A DNA stretch of 63,990 nucleotides, the filler included, from Atractiella rhizophila (lineage: Eukaryota): NCBI GenBank assembly GCA_021432655.1. It is 4 parts of 4 records of this genome, joined end to end, with 100 filler letters (N's around TTAATTAATTAA, not from the genome) between each part and the next. Parts side by side here need not be neighbours in the genome. Positions count along the whole stretch, not along the records: positions 1 to 16,252 come from MU271910.1; positions 16,353 to 32,541 come from MU271912.1; 2 more parts are not named here. The stretch is one strand, 5' to 3'. How positions within the stretch are numbered: position 1 is the first letter of the stretch; every line of letters begins with the position of its first letter. Below are positions 15,148 to 28,800 of the stretch, piece by piece. The position numbers were made by a program, and so were the translations under genes. The notes beneath the pieces were generated by a model, which saw nothing but the letters and a program-made list of their open reading frames with translations, was not told the DNA's origin and did no database searches.

Positions 15148-16252
15148 ATGTCATCCTCTCTTGGTCCTACTCCTACTGTGGAGGAACAGCTCCATCTCGC
15201 TCTTCAAAGTGCAGCCGTGGAGGAAGTTCTCTCTACTAGCCGTACCTATTTCACAGGTTCGCGCTTTTCTTGGTCTCACTTGTGCAACCACTGAACTAGA
15301 AAGCAGCTTGCTTCGCCATCTACAGCTGGGATTTCATCCTTACTTTCCCAAACGAGTACAGGACCATGTGGGGCGCCGAGCGCTGGACGCCAGTCCATCT
15401 CGCCTTCTTTTTCAACCGGTAGGCCTTTTATTGCTCTTTGCTCTCCAAGTGGAGTGCTGAAGCGAAATATGTAGGTACTGGGGGCTTTTAGATGTTGTCG
15501 TCTTCCTGTGCCTCTTCTGGTTAAAAATCGACCCAAAAACGTGCGAGAAGGTTCACATTATCGAACCTATCGCTAGTAGCATTCTCCTTTGTGCATATTT
15601 CGCCTCCTACCTCGAGTTTGAAGCAAACTGACCCACGTGACGCGATTGTTGCAGTGAGCTGCGAGTTCCTGCTTGGGGCAAGGGTCTGGGTAATGTGGAA
15701 CCGTCGAAAGTGGATTGCTGCGTTCTTCAGCGCATTTGCAATCTGTGGTTTTGCCGTTCAGATATGGGCAGTCGTTCCAAGCAAGTCATTACCTGTGTAG
15801 GCGTTTAAGATTCAGGAGAGAGAAACTGACGGATTAAATAGACCTCCGGGCTTGAGAGGCTGTATCGCTGAACTTCGGGATCAGAAGAAGTAATTTGCGG
15901 TTCCTCGATCTGATGTCAACAAGCTGATGAGTCCTCAAGCCACAGTTATGTTTATTGGTCCGTTCCCCTACCGAAGTTAGGATCGGAAGCCTGATGGCAA
16001 TGACAGGATCCCTCCTCTCCTGTATGACACCACGGCGACCATATTTGTACTCGTGTGTGTCATCCACTTCATCCATTTAACTGTCGCTGAAAATCATTCC
16101 AGAGCGCTCATTTCTCACTGGCGCAAGTCACCTCGCACCCATCTCCTTACCATTTTTGCGCGTGATGGAGTGGTCTACTTTCTGGTGGTATTCACCTGCA
16201 ACCTAATTAACGCGATTTATTTCGGGTTTGTCATCCTCCAGCCAACCCCTGT
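15148..16252 (+). CDS. Basidiomycete multi-pass membrane protein, DUF6533-like (3' truncated by contig end)
   Basis: Spliced AIYSWDFILTFPNEYRTMW...LAFFFNRYW, EFLLGARVWVMWNR and IFARDGVVYFLVVF match the YDxxLTxxxE/RY/LRxxAxW/RDGxxYF pattern. Confidence 0.75.
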
Positions 16253-16352
16253 NNNNNNNNNNNNNNNNNNNNNNNNNNNNNNNNNNNNNNNNNNNNTTAA
16301 TTAATTAANNNNNNNNNNNNNNNNNNNNNNNNNNNNNNNNNNNNNNNNNNNN
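16253..16352. other. Artificial contig-joining spacer
   Basis: 44 N + TTAATTAATTAA (stops in all six frames) + 44 N. Confidence 0.97.
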
Positions 16353-17206
16353 TGAATAGAGACCCATAAAATAACATCTCCCTTCTTTTCTCGCATTCTT
16401 CACACTCTCGCAGCGCAGTCAATCCGATCCAATCCAGTTCAAAGTCTCCATGCTGTTTATTGAAATTTGACCGGCACATGATCGAAATCCTGCCCATCGA
16501 CAAGCAGGCGAACAGTCAGATATCAATACTCCTCCTCTTAGAATGAAAAGAACAGCTACGAACTCGACAATGTGTTGTCTCCTCAATCCTAGTCGCCCGT
16601 TCTTTGGCACTTCCCTCCCCCTATAAGTTTCTTTGAAGCTGTTCCAGGGGACGATTAGATCCCTCTCCTCTCCCGGCTTTATCTTCAAGTCTTTCTTCAC
16701 ATCAAAAGCGTACTCGTGTACCACTGAGCTCTCGGTCCTCCCATCTGGTCCTTTCGCTGGCCGTGTATCCTTCAGATTGAGTGTGAAAGCTGTGAGGACC
16801 TCTAAACGTGCCGAGCGCTTAAGACGTAGACGGAACCCTCGCGTGTAAGGGGAGAGATCGAGAGCTTTCTCAAACGTATGCGACTGGGAAGCGAAGCCGG
16901 CACCGCCAAGGGTGGAAGTGTCTTTCCGCCATCGTCAATCAGCAGTAGTTATTAAGATAGACGAGAGGTGGACAAACCAACAGTTCCCCAGAACCGCGCG
17001 CGTCTGGTCCCTTTCTCGCCTCCTCCGACAACGTCCAATCGCGAAACAGAGTTGCCGCCACGGACAACGTCGTCCACAGCCCGGAAGTGGCCTGCTTCGA
17101 TGTTCCAGTTGGTCGTGTTAAAGATCGGGAGGTCTTGAGCGGCTGTTGCGTGGGTGCAAGACGACAGAAAGACGAGGCGTGACATGGTCAATGGTACTGC
17201 TGCCAT
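16353..17206 (-). CDS. CIA30-domain protein (3' end truncated)
   Basis: FRAVDDVVRGGNSVSRL, ARFWG, LGGAGFASQ, VPWNSFKETYRGRE and SIMCRSNFNKQHGDFEL. Start may be Met 17206 or 17185. Confidence 0.82.
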
Positions 17207-17705
17207 CCGCACGGGTTCAGCGACCAGGCTCAGATCCAGAGTTGAAACTGGCTGAATGCAGCAATAAACATTAGAGAGAACATTGGTGGAGCCAAAACAA
17301 AGAGCTCATGGATGGCGGGCTAGTTTCAAGCAACCGCAACCCCCTCTATTGCAATTGATTGCTCTAACTTTAACATTACCTGCTCTTCGCTCTGAGACAA
17401 ACTAACCAGCAGGCCTGTTTCTAACCAATACTTCAGTCCTTAATCCTTGGACAAGTGTTGAACGTCTGAAGAACGAAACCAAGAAACTACACTTGCAACA
17501 CGTCCCCAAGGGTCCATTGTCTGAGAACACCAAACACCAAGCAGGTTAAACCAAAACTAACCAAAAACCGTTTCTTCAAATACTCTCTCTCGTTCATTCA
17601 GTGCGTCCTCCTCCATATTTAGGGTTAGGGTTGTGTTCCTTCCTCCACAGCCACAGTGAGCGATTTGTCCACCATCAAGCGGTGGACCTGGTACAGCGCA
17701 CAAAG

Positions 17706-19788
17706 ATGCCTTTGAAAACTAGGAAGACCTCATCGGAACCCAGGTCTAAACCTAGCTCCGAATCAGAATCAAGATGGTCTACCCCATCCAAACCCACCTC
17801 TCAACAGTCGGAACAGCTTTCTGCAACGTCACTTAAGTTTACCACTGACGCGAGCGCACGCTATTCGTCTTCATTTTCGGCCATGCAGAGGCCCGCCTAC
17901 GTTCGTGCTGAGTTGGATATGGCTGGGAAATTCAAGGAGGTTCCTGTGGAGGAGATTCTGAACATGCTACCAAAACGACGTTTCAAGCGCGAGAGGCTTA
18001 ACATTCCGAAAGCTATGACCGGCGAGCAGGAGAAGGCCCAATACGGTCCGCTCGTGGGGCATCGCAAATTTGTAGAAGGAGGCTGACCTTGAGAATGAGG
18101 CAGGTTGACGGTCTTCAAGCTTTCCTCGCGCCAGGCTGGGAGCTAGTGAATACGTCGGTCAATGCTGACTACAAGATAGAGAAGATTTACCAGCAGACGG
18201 CAGTCAAACCTGATCTTTCTCTCTACGCTGAGACAGGCTTTACTGCCTGTAACATGAAGAAACTAGAACTTTTCGGGGAGGTAAAGCCAGGTTCCGCCAG
18301 CCCACCCTTTGATTCAAGGGATAATCAAAAACTCGAAACCCAGACGGATGATGCGAGAGATACTCGGGGGCAGGTGACTCTCTACCACGCTGCTGTTCAA
18401 GTCATGCAGCCACGAACTCGCGTCTTTTCGTTCTATGTTCAGTCCACCTGGGCTCGTCTGCTATGCCATTCCCGTGCTGGAACTGAGGTGTCTCATTCTT
18501 TTGACATCAATGGCCCGGAAAATTACCTTGGCGAATTTCTCTGGCGCTTCAGCCACGCCCCAAAGTCCGACAGGGGACATGACACCTCAGTTCAGCGTGT
18601 CAAGGGAAAGACGTCTGCTGCGAATGCGAGGAAGGCTCTGGGATTGGTGGAGGAGACTGATCTCTATCAGGTCATTGTGGATACCGAAAAATTTATCTTT
18701 GCTCAGCCTTTCACAAGTAGTCATCGTGGGCCTGTAGGTCGTGGCACTCGTTGCTATCACGCTTACTGGGTCAAAGAGAAGAAGGTCGTTCTCCTGAAGG
18801 ACACTTGGAGGAAGGAGGAATATGGGAAGGAGGGAGATGTTTATGAAATTCTGAGATCAAAACAAGTAAGGAACATTGCAACCGTCATCCGTCACGGGGA
18901 CGTCGATGACCAGAATCGTCTCCAATTTGCGGAAGGGGCGGGTGGCCGAAAGCTAAGACACTATCGGATTGTATTAGAGGAGGTGGGAGAGCCGTTGAAT
19001 TGGTTCAAGTCGACGTGGGAATTGACAAAAGTTTTGTCTGATGCTTTCACTGGTATGTTTCTGTTTGCTCCATTACATTTAGACCGACGTTGATGGATTG
19101 TAGCTCACCGCGACGCGTTCGAGAAAGCGGAGATTCTTCATCGAGATGTCTCCTTTGGAAATATACTCCTCATCCGGTCTGGCGACGAGGTTAGGGGACT
19201 GCTTATTGATTGGGAATTCGCAAAGGTCAAAGACCGCATTGACGCATGGGCCTCTGAGAGAACTGTGCGTTCTTTTTGGCTGAGTGAGGACAAATGCTTA
19301 CCGTGGTTTAGGGGACGTTCCAATTCCTGTCTCTCCGATTGCTGAAGGACTATGATCGTGCGCACCTTGCCAGCGACGACATCCAATCATTTCTTCACGT
19401 CCTCGTATGGGTAATTCTCCGGTACGGACCTACCAAGCTTGAGAAATCCGAGCGCCTCAGTCGGCTCAAATCTTTTGATTCCAAGGATACCCTCATGGAC
19501 ACGTACACGGTCAAACGCTCTGCATTTAACAGCGACTTGCCACGGACCCTGCGAGTAAGCACCGCCCCCTTCCGGGAGCTCCTATTCGTGTTGTTGTCGA
19601 CTCTCAGTCGCGCCATCACACACGAACATTTTTTAGACGACGATGATATGCCAGAGCGGCAGGAGGAGAGGGACGCGTGGGAGATGATGGCGACTCATGA
19701 TTTTGTGGCTAATGCCATGGAAGAGTCGTTGAAGAACTTACAGTGGAAGGAAATGAAGGACGGAGCAGCGAAGTATCTGGACGATTGA
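17706..19788 (+). CDS. Fungal-specific protein kinase FunK1 (Pkinase_fungal)
   Basis: GRGTRCYHAY, VLLKDTWR, HYRIVLEEVGEPL, ILHRDVSFGNIL, GLLIDWEFAK, RTGTFQF and DDIQSFLHVLVW after removing three short introns. Confidence 0.9.
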
Positions 19789-21000
19789 GAACGGCTTGCT
19801 TTGGTCAAAGCGCAATGTTTAAATGTAGATATTCGATACGGTTCTTAACGTAATTAGCATTAGATGACCATTTGGCGGTTCATGCATCTTGTCTGTTCGA
19901 GCTGAGAGAATGAGGAACGATCAGCACAGTTCACATTCTGAACTGAAGCAACTCTCTTGGATCCCGCTACTAACCTTGACGCCACTCTGTATCGTCTACG
20001 GGGCTGTTGCAGGGGGCTGTTGCATACGTATGACCCTTGAACAAACCCAACGAGGTTGAAAGCTGGACAGGTGCACGTAATGTTGTTGCCAGCATCGTAA
20101 CGAGTGGAATATTAGTACCCCAGCAAGACGGTGGAATATTGAGAGGATCATGTGGCATCAAGCCTGATGTATGTCTTTCTTGTTTGAACACGGATGGGTC
20201 ATGTCATTTTAGGACAAAAGCCCCTATGAGCTCGAAGTGATGTCCTTGTTCCTACGTGAAGGGACTCTCAGGTCATCACCGCTCATCATATTCCACCAGC
20301 AGCGAGCGAGTAGATTGTACTTCTTGATAGCAGGGAATGAATTTTTGTTGGTCATGACCATGTCCGCCTTCACTTGCTTTGGCCTGAGTTGGGTTGAACG
20401 GATGTACTTGCTCCGAATCAAGGATCACGTCCAGTTTGGCATGGGGCTGCACACAAGAAAGCTGCACTGCTATCCAGGGTTAGCAGAATCTAGTATTGTT
20501 ATAGCTACGTCCTTCAATGATGTATATCAGGAGTTCTATTCGAAAATGCCTACTTAGCTCATAATAAAATAACAAGAAGCTGCATACATTCTATTGTTGG
20601 ACATTATGAAATAGAATTGATAGGTCTCATGAGCTTGTGTATTAGAAAGCGAACGTTGGCTTTGTTACTTTTGCTACCGTAACGAACACTTCTTTTCGGC
20701 TCGGTTTTCTTGTCCATTTTGAATAAAGCAAACTTTTGACAAGTGCTTCATCCTAGTTTTATTTGTATTGTCTACGTTCGCCTCGTCATTTGTTCCCATA
20801 TGCCTAGCAAACCCATACGTACCGAGTCTTAACGTCGTTGCATCTGGAACCGGTGCGTCACCCTTGTTCTCATCCCCCGACTCCAGATCCTAGCTCATCC
20901 GCCCGTTGTAGTCTCTTAAAAGCCGACCTTCTTTCCTCCGGTCTCACTCCCCTTCTCCGCTATTCTGCTTCCTCCCATTTCCAGGCGGACACGATCCAGC

Positions 21001-22573
21001 ATGGACTCCCTACCATCGAAAACTCGAAAATCCATTCTCTCCGCTGCTCAATATGCTAAAAAAGCGGCTGGAGACCTGTACGATTCATTGACTTATGAAA
21101 ATTATACCTGGTTCCTTCAGACTGCTTCTGGGGAAGGATATGCAGACCAAGAGGCAATTTTGCACCTGTTGGACCTGCCAATCAAGTAGAAGGGCTGAAG
21201 GCGATGATCAGGCAACTGGAGCTAGACGAGGAGCAAGGAATGGCACAGAGCCCTTCGCACAGTGTAGCGAGAAAGAGCGTACAAGTAATACGGAGGAGAG
21301 CGACTTTGGTGGTACCTGAGGTTGAGAGAATGGAGGGGATGGAGATGGAGATGGAGGAACAAGGGAATGGGAATGAAGTGGAAGAAGCAGACGTTTTTCT
21401 TCGCCCCTACAATTCGAAGCAGAGGGAAGACGATAATAACATAATCGATCCGAGACAAATCTACCGCTCTTGGGTTTTTTTGTCTTCCAGCATGTTCGTC
21501 TTTCGCCTTTCCCTTGTTTTCTGCCTTGCTGACCTTCTATAGGAAACGTGGCACCCGGTCCTACGTCGTCAGTCGCCTCACGGACGATGTCCCCCTCCTC
21601 CTCAAACACTATTATACTAGATCGATCACACCTACTTCTCCACCGACCTCCATCTCTCCCCTCTTCTCTTGCGTCCTTCCACCGCATCCGTCGCTGCTCT
21701 CTCCTTTATGCGTACACACATTCCCCTTTTCTCCCATAGCTGGAGGGTATTGGACGGTCTCAGAGTACGTCAGGGGAAGCGTTAAATTGGCGGAAGCAAT
21801 TAAACGGTGCAGAGGGATACAGGAAGAGACGATTAAATTTATTGCGAAGAGGGTGGGCGGAGGGATGGCTTTTCTGCATCGCAATGGCGTCATTTTGAGT
21901 TCTTTCAGCAGTAGGGATATTTTATTAGGAGCGCAGGGAGAAGTCAAAATCTGTATGTCCATTTCTTCTACTTCAGGGACTTGCTGGTTAATAATACAAT
22001 CTTGATATGTCCTGCAGGCGGGTTTGAAAATGCAGTTTTTATGGCGGATATCAAGGCAGCGCACGACACATCCAGCTATCCCGTTTTGGCGGAGGTGGAC
22101 CTGGAGAGCAGCGCTGTCTACTATTCCTCTCCCGAACGCTTGGAACGAGGGCACATAAATGAGAAGACGGACGTGTGGTCTTTCGGCATACTCCTCTATG
22201 GTTCGTGCTTCGTTATTCATGAAATGTTTTCTCACCTATCCTACAATTTGATTCAGAAATGCTTACCTCCTTGCGCCCTTATGATTCCTTCTCTTTCACT
22301 GTAGCCCGCGACAACATTGTTCAAGGCGGAATCACGGCCTCCCTACTCTCCTCTCCTCCGTGCCCTCAGCACTCTAGCGCTTTGAGGAAAGTATTAGAAA
22401 GGACGCTCGCGTTTAGGCCGGAGGAACGCCTCGGAATGGACCGAGTCCTCAGAGAAAATTTCTTCCGCCTAACCAAGAACGAAGCGAAAGGTGAAATCGA
22501 AATAGTGGATTTGGTGGGTTGGATTAGGGAGAGCATGAAGGAAGAGCGAGCAGCAAGGAGGTTCCCCGCTTAA
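21001..22573 (+). CDS. STE20/PAK-like protein kinase fold, predicted pseudokinase
   Basis: Introns 21078-21145 and 21494-21542 plus two more restore one frame: DPRQIYRSW, LLLKH, WTVSEY, GMAFLHRNGVI, DILLGAQGEVKI, YYSSPE, KTDVWSFGILLYEM, RPEER. Confidence 0.8.
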
Positions 22574-24121
22574 TTCAAAGTCTAGGTGAAATGGATCGAA
22601 GGACGACCCGAAGAAAGGAAGATGGTAAATATGCAGTGCAACATTCTGAGTCTCATTTGTGATGTACATGACACCAATAATACACGATATCCACATATAG
22701 TCCCAAGTCCTGTCATTATTGGCGGCGCAGTCCGTGGTAATCAACTGTATATCCGATGCTCTGCGGTTTCCTAATGCCGTTTAAATTTGGTCCAGCTCGG
22801 AAAATGATCGGCTGCGCATAAACAAGAGAACAAGAGATTTTGAAAGGGAATTCCAGCCATGAATTTGGAGACTACGCCTGTTTTGATCGATGAACCGCTC
22901 GTGCTGTCTCCTTGTGACGAGGGCTCATATGGAAAGGTAATGAGGCATACCTAGGTAGTTCCAGTTACGTGTGAACTAATCGAAATGCACAAGCCCATGT
23001 GAGTTTATCATACTATTTCAAGTTACGGTTGGTGCTGGTTGGCAAGAAGCGCGAGGAAACAAAATTTAACAGAGCGTATGCCAAATTGGCGCAGATTTGG
23101 ATAATGTGCTGTGTGATTCCCATTTTCGAGTACTGGGCTCAAGTGAGTGGTAACTCTTGGCGAGACAAGGTGAATTCTCTTGTCAATCATATTATTTCTG
23201 ATGAACGTCAATGGAAGAGTTTCTTGACAATGGAGCGTTGAAGATATAGCTACATTGCTATCCAAAGCTGCTCTACTTCGATACGTCTACGTGAAGTTCA
23301 TTCTACTACCAGATGATCTTGAGGTCACAGTTTCCAAGTTCTAAGCGCGCTTTTCCACCCTGGGAGGAGGCGAAGACATTCTCCTAGCTAAGAGATTCAA
23401 AATAGTTGCTTTGCGACCGCCATACATGTTACTGTCTTGGATGATCATGGAGAGTGGAGGTTTTGATGTTGGAATTATCGTTTGAGGACTTCTCAAGTTA
23501 TTGTGATGTGTCAGCCTGCATGATTCTGAATTGGGTCTGGGGGGTACAGCTCCTCACGGCGGGTTGTAGAGCCACGTAAATACTTGTTGTACTCCTTCTC
23601 AGAATTAAGGGAATCTCGACCTCAGTGGCTCTATGCAACTCTGACTGCTCCCAGGGCGTGTCTATTTTGCGAAGAGGCGCATTTCCAATCTATGGCATAC
23701 CAATCGGCTTCTCCTTTGCTCTTTGTTGTGATCTGTCCCAATGTCAGGCAAGAAGTGGGGAAGGCCCATGAAACGGAGAATATCTGATCCTTCACACCCG
23801 GCGCCTCAAATACTGCCCCTGGCAACAGACCTCATCTCGCCCTACAATCTGCCAATTAGCCGGGCCGTCTCAAATCAGGTTGCTGGTCTAGCCATGACTG
23901 AGTCCCGGTTGCATCATAAAGGCGACGACCCATCGATCACCTGCTCCATCGTGTTTGCCTGCGCTTGCGGTCCGCTCCCTCTCCCTCCAACCTGTCCAGC
24001 TTCAGAATCATATCCTCTCAACGGTTCGTGTTCCGACTAGCCCGATGCGGGGGTCCACGCTTAAAAGCGTGTGCTCGCGCTGCCATTACGCCTTAACATC
24101 TTTACACGAAAGAGACTGAAA

Positions 24122-25527
24122 ATGAAAGCTATTTTTGCCCTTTTCAGTCTTGCCACTTCTTTCGTCCACGTTATAGCTACCCCAACCCGTTGGGGAAACG
24201 GGACAGATGACTTCAACTTGTGTGGTGTTTCTTTCACAGAGAATGCAGAACGCTGACGGGAAACAAGGCTCGAGAAACGATACCCGTACTTTGTCTTCTG
24301 CCTCTCGCCATGCATTTCTTCTCAATTAGCTCTTGCCTAGAAATCCCGGAGTGGTGACGGGCGCCACTTCCGGAGTTCATGATCCAGCCATGATCCGTCG
24401 ATCTGATGTGAATTACCTCCTTGTTCTCCTAGCAGTCTGACGAGCTATGCGTAGGGACTGTACATCATCATTTCGACAGGGAACAAGCTACCCATTCGAA
24501 CATCCACTGTGCGTCTTCTGTCTTGACTCGGGCTGGAAGCATTGATTATGGTCTACCATACAGGATCGCACCAACTGGTCGCTTTATGGATATGTCTTCC
24601 CTAACGGTGCTCCATCTTCCACCAACACCTACACTGGGACCACAAACGGAGGCACGATTTCTTCCTTACATGAACCTTATTGGCTGAGGTGTTGACGGAG
24701 TTGTAGATTTGTGGGCCCCTGACATCTACTACATCGGGGGGAAATATCTCCTGTACTACGCTGCCAGCACCTTCGGGTCCAGAAACTCGGCTATCTTCCA
24801 GGTTCGCTAGAAGATTTAGCTTCTAAACTGAGCCATGTCTTGGAATAGGCACAATCCACTGACGGTCTGACTTGGACGGATACAGGCCTTGTGATCTCGT
24901 CCACCTCATCAAGCAACTACAACGCCATAGACCCTAATCTTGCAATCGATGGCTCGACTTGGAAACTCCAATTCGGTTCTTTCTGGTCTGGAATTCAACA
25001 AGTATCAATTTCCTCCAGCACGGGCAAACCCTCGTCTAGCTCCTTATCCAATATCGCAAACCGTCAATCTACAGGAACCAGCGCAATTGAAGCTGCTTTC
25101 CTTTACAAGCACGGCAGCTACTGGTATCTCTTCACCTCTTGGTTTGTTCTCCTCCTCGTTCAATCTTCAGAATTGCACACGTTTAACTGAAAAACAGGGA
25201 CACATGCTGTGCCGGCGTCTCTTCGACTTACAACATCCGTGTCACGCGCTCGAGCAGCATAACTGGCCCATTTGTGGATCAGAATGGGGTAGCTGCAACC
25301 GCAGGAGGAGGGACGCTTGTGCTCGCCACTCATGGATCTATCTATGGCCCTGGAGGGCAAAGCATTATGACGGATGTGGATGCGCCGGTACTCGTGTATC
25401 ATTATTACGGCTCATCAACAAGTTATTTGGGTATCAATTTACTCGACTTTTCAAGCGGTTGGGTATGTCATTCTTTCTCTCATTCTTGAAGACAAGGCTC
25501 ATCGAATGTTAGCCGGTCGCTTATTAG
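24122..25527 (+). CDS. Secreted GH43 endo-1,5-alpha-L-arabinanase
   Basis: Signal peptide and LEKR|YPNPG Kex2-like site; VHDP (base), LWAPD, NAIDPN, FGSFWSGI, AIEAA (acid), DTCC, YGPGGQ, LGINLLDFSSGWPVAY*. Confidence 0.93.
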
Positions 25528-25809
25528 TATTAGGCTAGTATTAAGCAAGGCAGTGCCAATCTGGCAGCTATGTTGAACGTTAACGACAGAACCAGTCATA
25601 CTGCTCCTTAACAAAATCATTGACTAACCAAACATTGGGCAGACTGGTTTGAATATCGAAAATTACTGTATTCAATTTCGAGATCTGTCTATAAATACAA
25701 AATATATGTAACGACAAGGCAATTATTTTGAGACGGAAACAGTTGCACTGAATGATACAAAATGAGTCTTTCGTGAGCCCGTAATACGTTCATTCAACAA
25801 ATCCAAGAT

Positions 25810-28800
25810 CTAAGCCGCAACGATAGTCTCCGTTGGAGTTACAAGGGAAGGAGTGTCAACGTAGGAGGAGAAATTCCTCTTCTTGATACTGCCCGCCCAT
25901 GCCAACCTCGTTTCCCTCTTCGACCACTGGCCCTCATTTCTCATCAGGTACTCGTCTACCTCGACCGCAGAGGCTCTGCCTTCTTGAATGCCCCAAACAA
26001 TGAGTCTGACAATGAAGTGGTAAGTTTGGGTGATTGTGGAAGTAAGTGATCACATACGATTGTCCTCTTCGACAATCACCAGCAGCAAAAACTCCCTCAA
26101 CGTTCGTGGCGTACCGTTTGTAAGGCGTTTTGATATTGGTCCTTGCATCTTGCTCCAGACCCAAGCTCTTGACGCAAGCTTCCTCAGGGCCTAAAAATCC
26201 TAGGGCGAGGAGACCTAACCGTCAGTGTCAGTATCACACTGTCCTGTACCATAGTTAGACCTACAGAGATCGCAAGGGAAATATTGTTCGGAGCCTGGGA
26301 CCTCTTTCATCCGAAATTGGCCGTTGTTGTCTTGGTTCCATTCGACGCGAACAGTGTTGATGCCCTTAATGTGCCCATTCTCATCACTGACAAACTCCCT
26401 ATAAACGATTCGATAAGCATATATTAACTGTGATGGGGATAAAGACAAACTTGGTGGAGATGCAGAACTCTCGAGGGTCCTTCCCAAAGTGCGAGGAAAC
26501 TGAAATATACATGAGAAAAAGCTGAGAATGAGGATGGACTCAAACCTTCGGTATGACCATAGTCGACGCGGAATATCCTGGGCCATTGTGGCCAGGGATT
26601 ATTGCTCGCTCTTCCTTCAGGTGGTTGTGGAAGGCTATGAGGTGTATTAGGTCGCTTGATTCATGGAAATGGGGTAACGCACAGCTCGAAATTGACCACA
26701 GATTTAGCTCCATGGCGCATCGACGTTCTACGCGCGTGGTCAATGTTTGTTTACATATTGAAGCGGACACGAACCCAATACAATCGTTACCAGTGTCACC
26801 ACCACCAATGACAATGACGTGTTTGTTGGCGGCAGAGAGGTACTTATCGTCTTTCAACTGGGAGTCCAAGAGAGAAGAGGTATTCTTCTGCAGGAATTCC
26901 ATAGCAAACTAAGAATAAATCAACGTAAGCACACATTTTTGAGCGACAAAAAAGGACTGACATGTATTCCATCGAGATTCCTGTTAGGAAGTTTGAGGTC
27001 TCGTGGCCAAGTAGCGCCAGTAGCGACGATAAGAGCGTCATTCTCTTGACGAAGCTTGTTTGCGTCGACGTTGACCCCAATATGGGAGTTGGGGACGAAC
27101 TCCACGCCTTCAGCGTGCATAAGATCCAAACGACGCTGAACAATCTTCTTGTCCAGTTTCATATTACTGATATCACCTTCAGCAGGGACCGACGATCTGG
27201 GATGGAAGGGTAGACTCACGGGATACCATACATCAAGAGGCCACCCATCCTGTCGTTTCTGTCGTAGACGGTGACGGTATGCCCGGCTTTGTTGAGTTGA
27301 TCGGCTGCGGCAAGTCCAGCAGGACCTGAGCCGATGATTGCGACCTTACGACCTGTTCGATGCTGAGGAGGCCTAGGGATCATCCAACCCTCTTCAAAAC
27401 CTTTATCAATGATCGCACACTCAACGCTCTTGATTCCGACAGGAGCTTCATTGATACCGAGCACGCAGGCGCCTTCGCACGGAGCAGGGCAAACGCGACC
27501 AGTGAACTCTGGGAAACTATTGCCAAGTTAGACCGTGTAAAGAAACCAAAGCGGACGCACTTGTTTGTGAGCAGTAAACGGTTAAGAGCTTCCTCCCAAC
27601 GGTTATTAAAGACCAAGTCGTTCCACTTTGGAATGAGGTTCGAGATCGGACAACCTGTGTCTGACTGGCAGAAGGGGACACCACAATCCATACACCTCGC
27701 AGTCTGTTGCTTCAGCTGAGCTGGTGTGAGCCGGGTAGAAAGCTCCTCCCAGTCTTTGACGCGTTTCCTGGGGGTTCGATAGCTCTCGCCGAGCCGCTTA
27801 TACTTCATAAAGCCTCGAACTTTATCCATCTTCGCCATCGCTCTCTGAGCTCCTTCTCCATCCAACATGGAGTCCTCGAGATCCATAACACGATTATCCG
27901 GTTTCTTCTCCATGTAAGCTGGTGGTTCCTCGATAGTCGGAGTGAGATGCGCCATAACCTCGTTGACCTCGAGGTTACTGGCTTTTCGCTTCTTCTCTGC
28001 CAATGCAGCGGCAGCTTCCGCTTCGAGCACTTTTTTGTAATCCGAGGGCATGACGCGGACGAAGTGCGTCAGCATGTGGTTGAAGTCGTCCAGAATCCTG
28101 GTAGCTAGACGAGAACCGGTCCAGTGCTTGTGGTCTTCAATCATCGTTCGAAGCTCCGCGATCTCGTGAGGATCCGTGATTTCTCCAAGCTCGACCATTT
28201 CCATGTTCACGTTGAGCTCAAACTGCTTCGCGATATCGAGAACGTAGGCAATGCCTCCGCTCATACCAGCAGCGAAATTTCGACCAGTCGGGCCAAGGAT
28301 AACAACTCTTCCTCCCGTCATATACTCGCAACCATGATCTCCAACCCCTTCAACAACTGCGTTCGCCCCAGAATTTCGAACAGCAAAACGCTCCGCTGCT
28401 ACTCCTCGGAAGAAGGCTTCTCCCGATGTTGCGCCGTATAAACAGACATTTCCTATGATGATGTTCTCCTCGGGTTTGAAAGTAGAGCTCTTAGGAGGAT
28501 AGACAATCAAGCGTCCGCCTGACAAACCCTTGCCGACGTAGTCATTTGCGTCTCCTTCAAGTTCGATCGTAATACCCGGAGCAAGGAAGGCTCCCAATGA
28601 CTGACCAGCAGACCCTTTAGCGTTGATGTGAATAGTGTCCTTCGGCAGCCCTTCTTCTCCGTATTTCTTAGAGACGCGGTTAGAAAGCGTGGTGCCCAGA
28701 GCCCGATCAGTGTTTACCACTTCGCAGTCGATTCTTGTAGGAAGGCCTTTCGTGAGGGAAAGCTCCGCCTCATCGATGAACTTGTTATCGAGACGGAGGT

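Noticed and set aside
16297..16308. Palindromic TTAATTAATTAA, repeated at 32586 and 48867
   Set aside because: Synthetic linker inside N runs, not a piggyBac target site or a biological repeat.
19990..20560. ITCTCPAF (SWIM-finger-like) and LLARCWW (LINE-like) fragments with short direct repeats
   Set aside because: No in-frame CxH to complete a SWIM finger and no transposase or RT motifs; too weak to call a mobile element.
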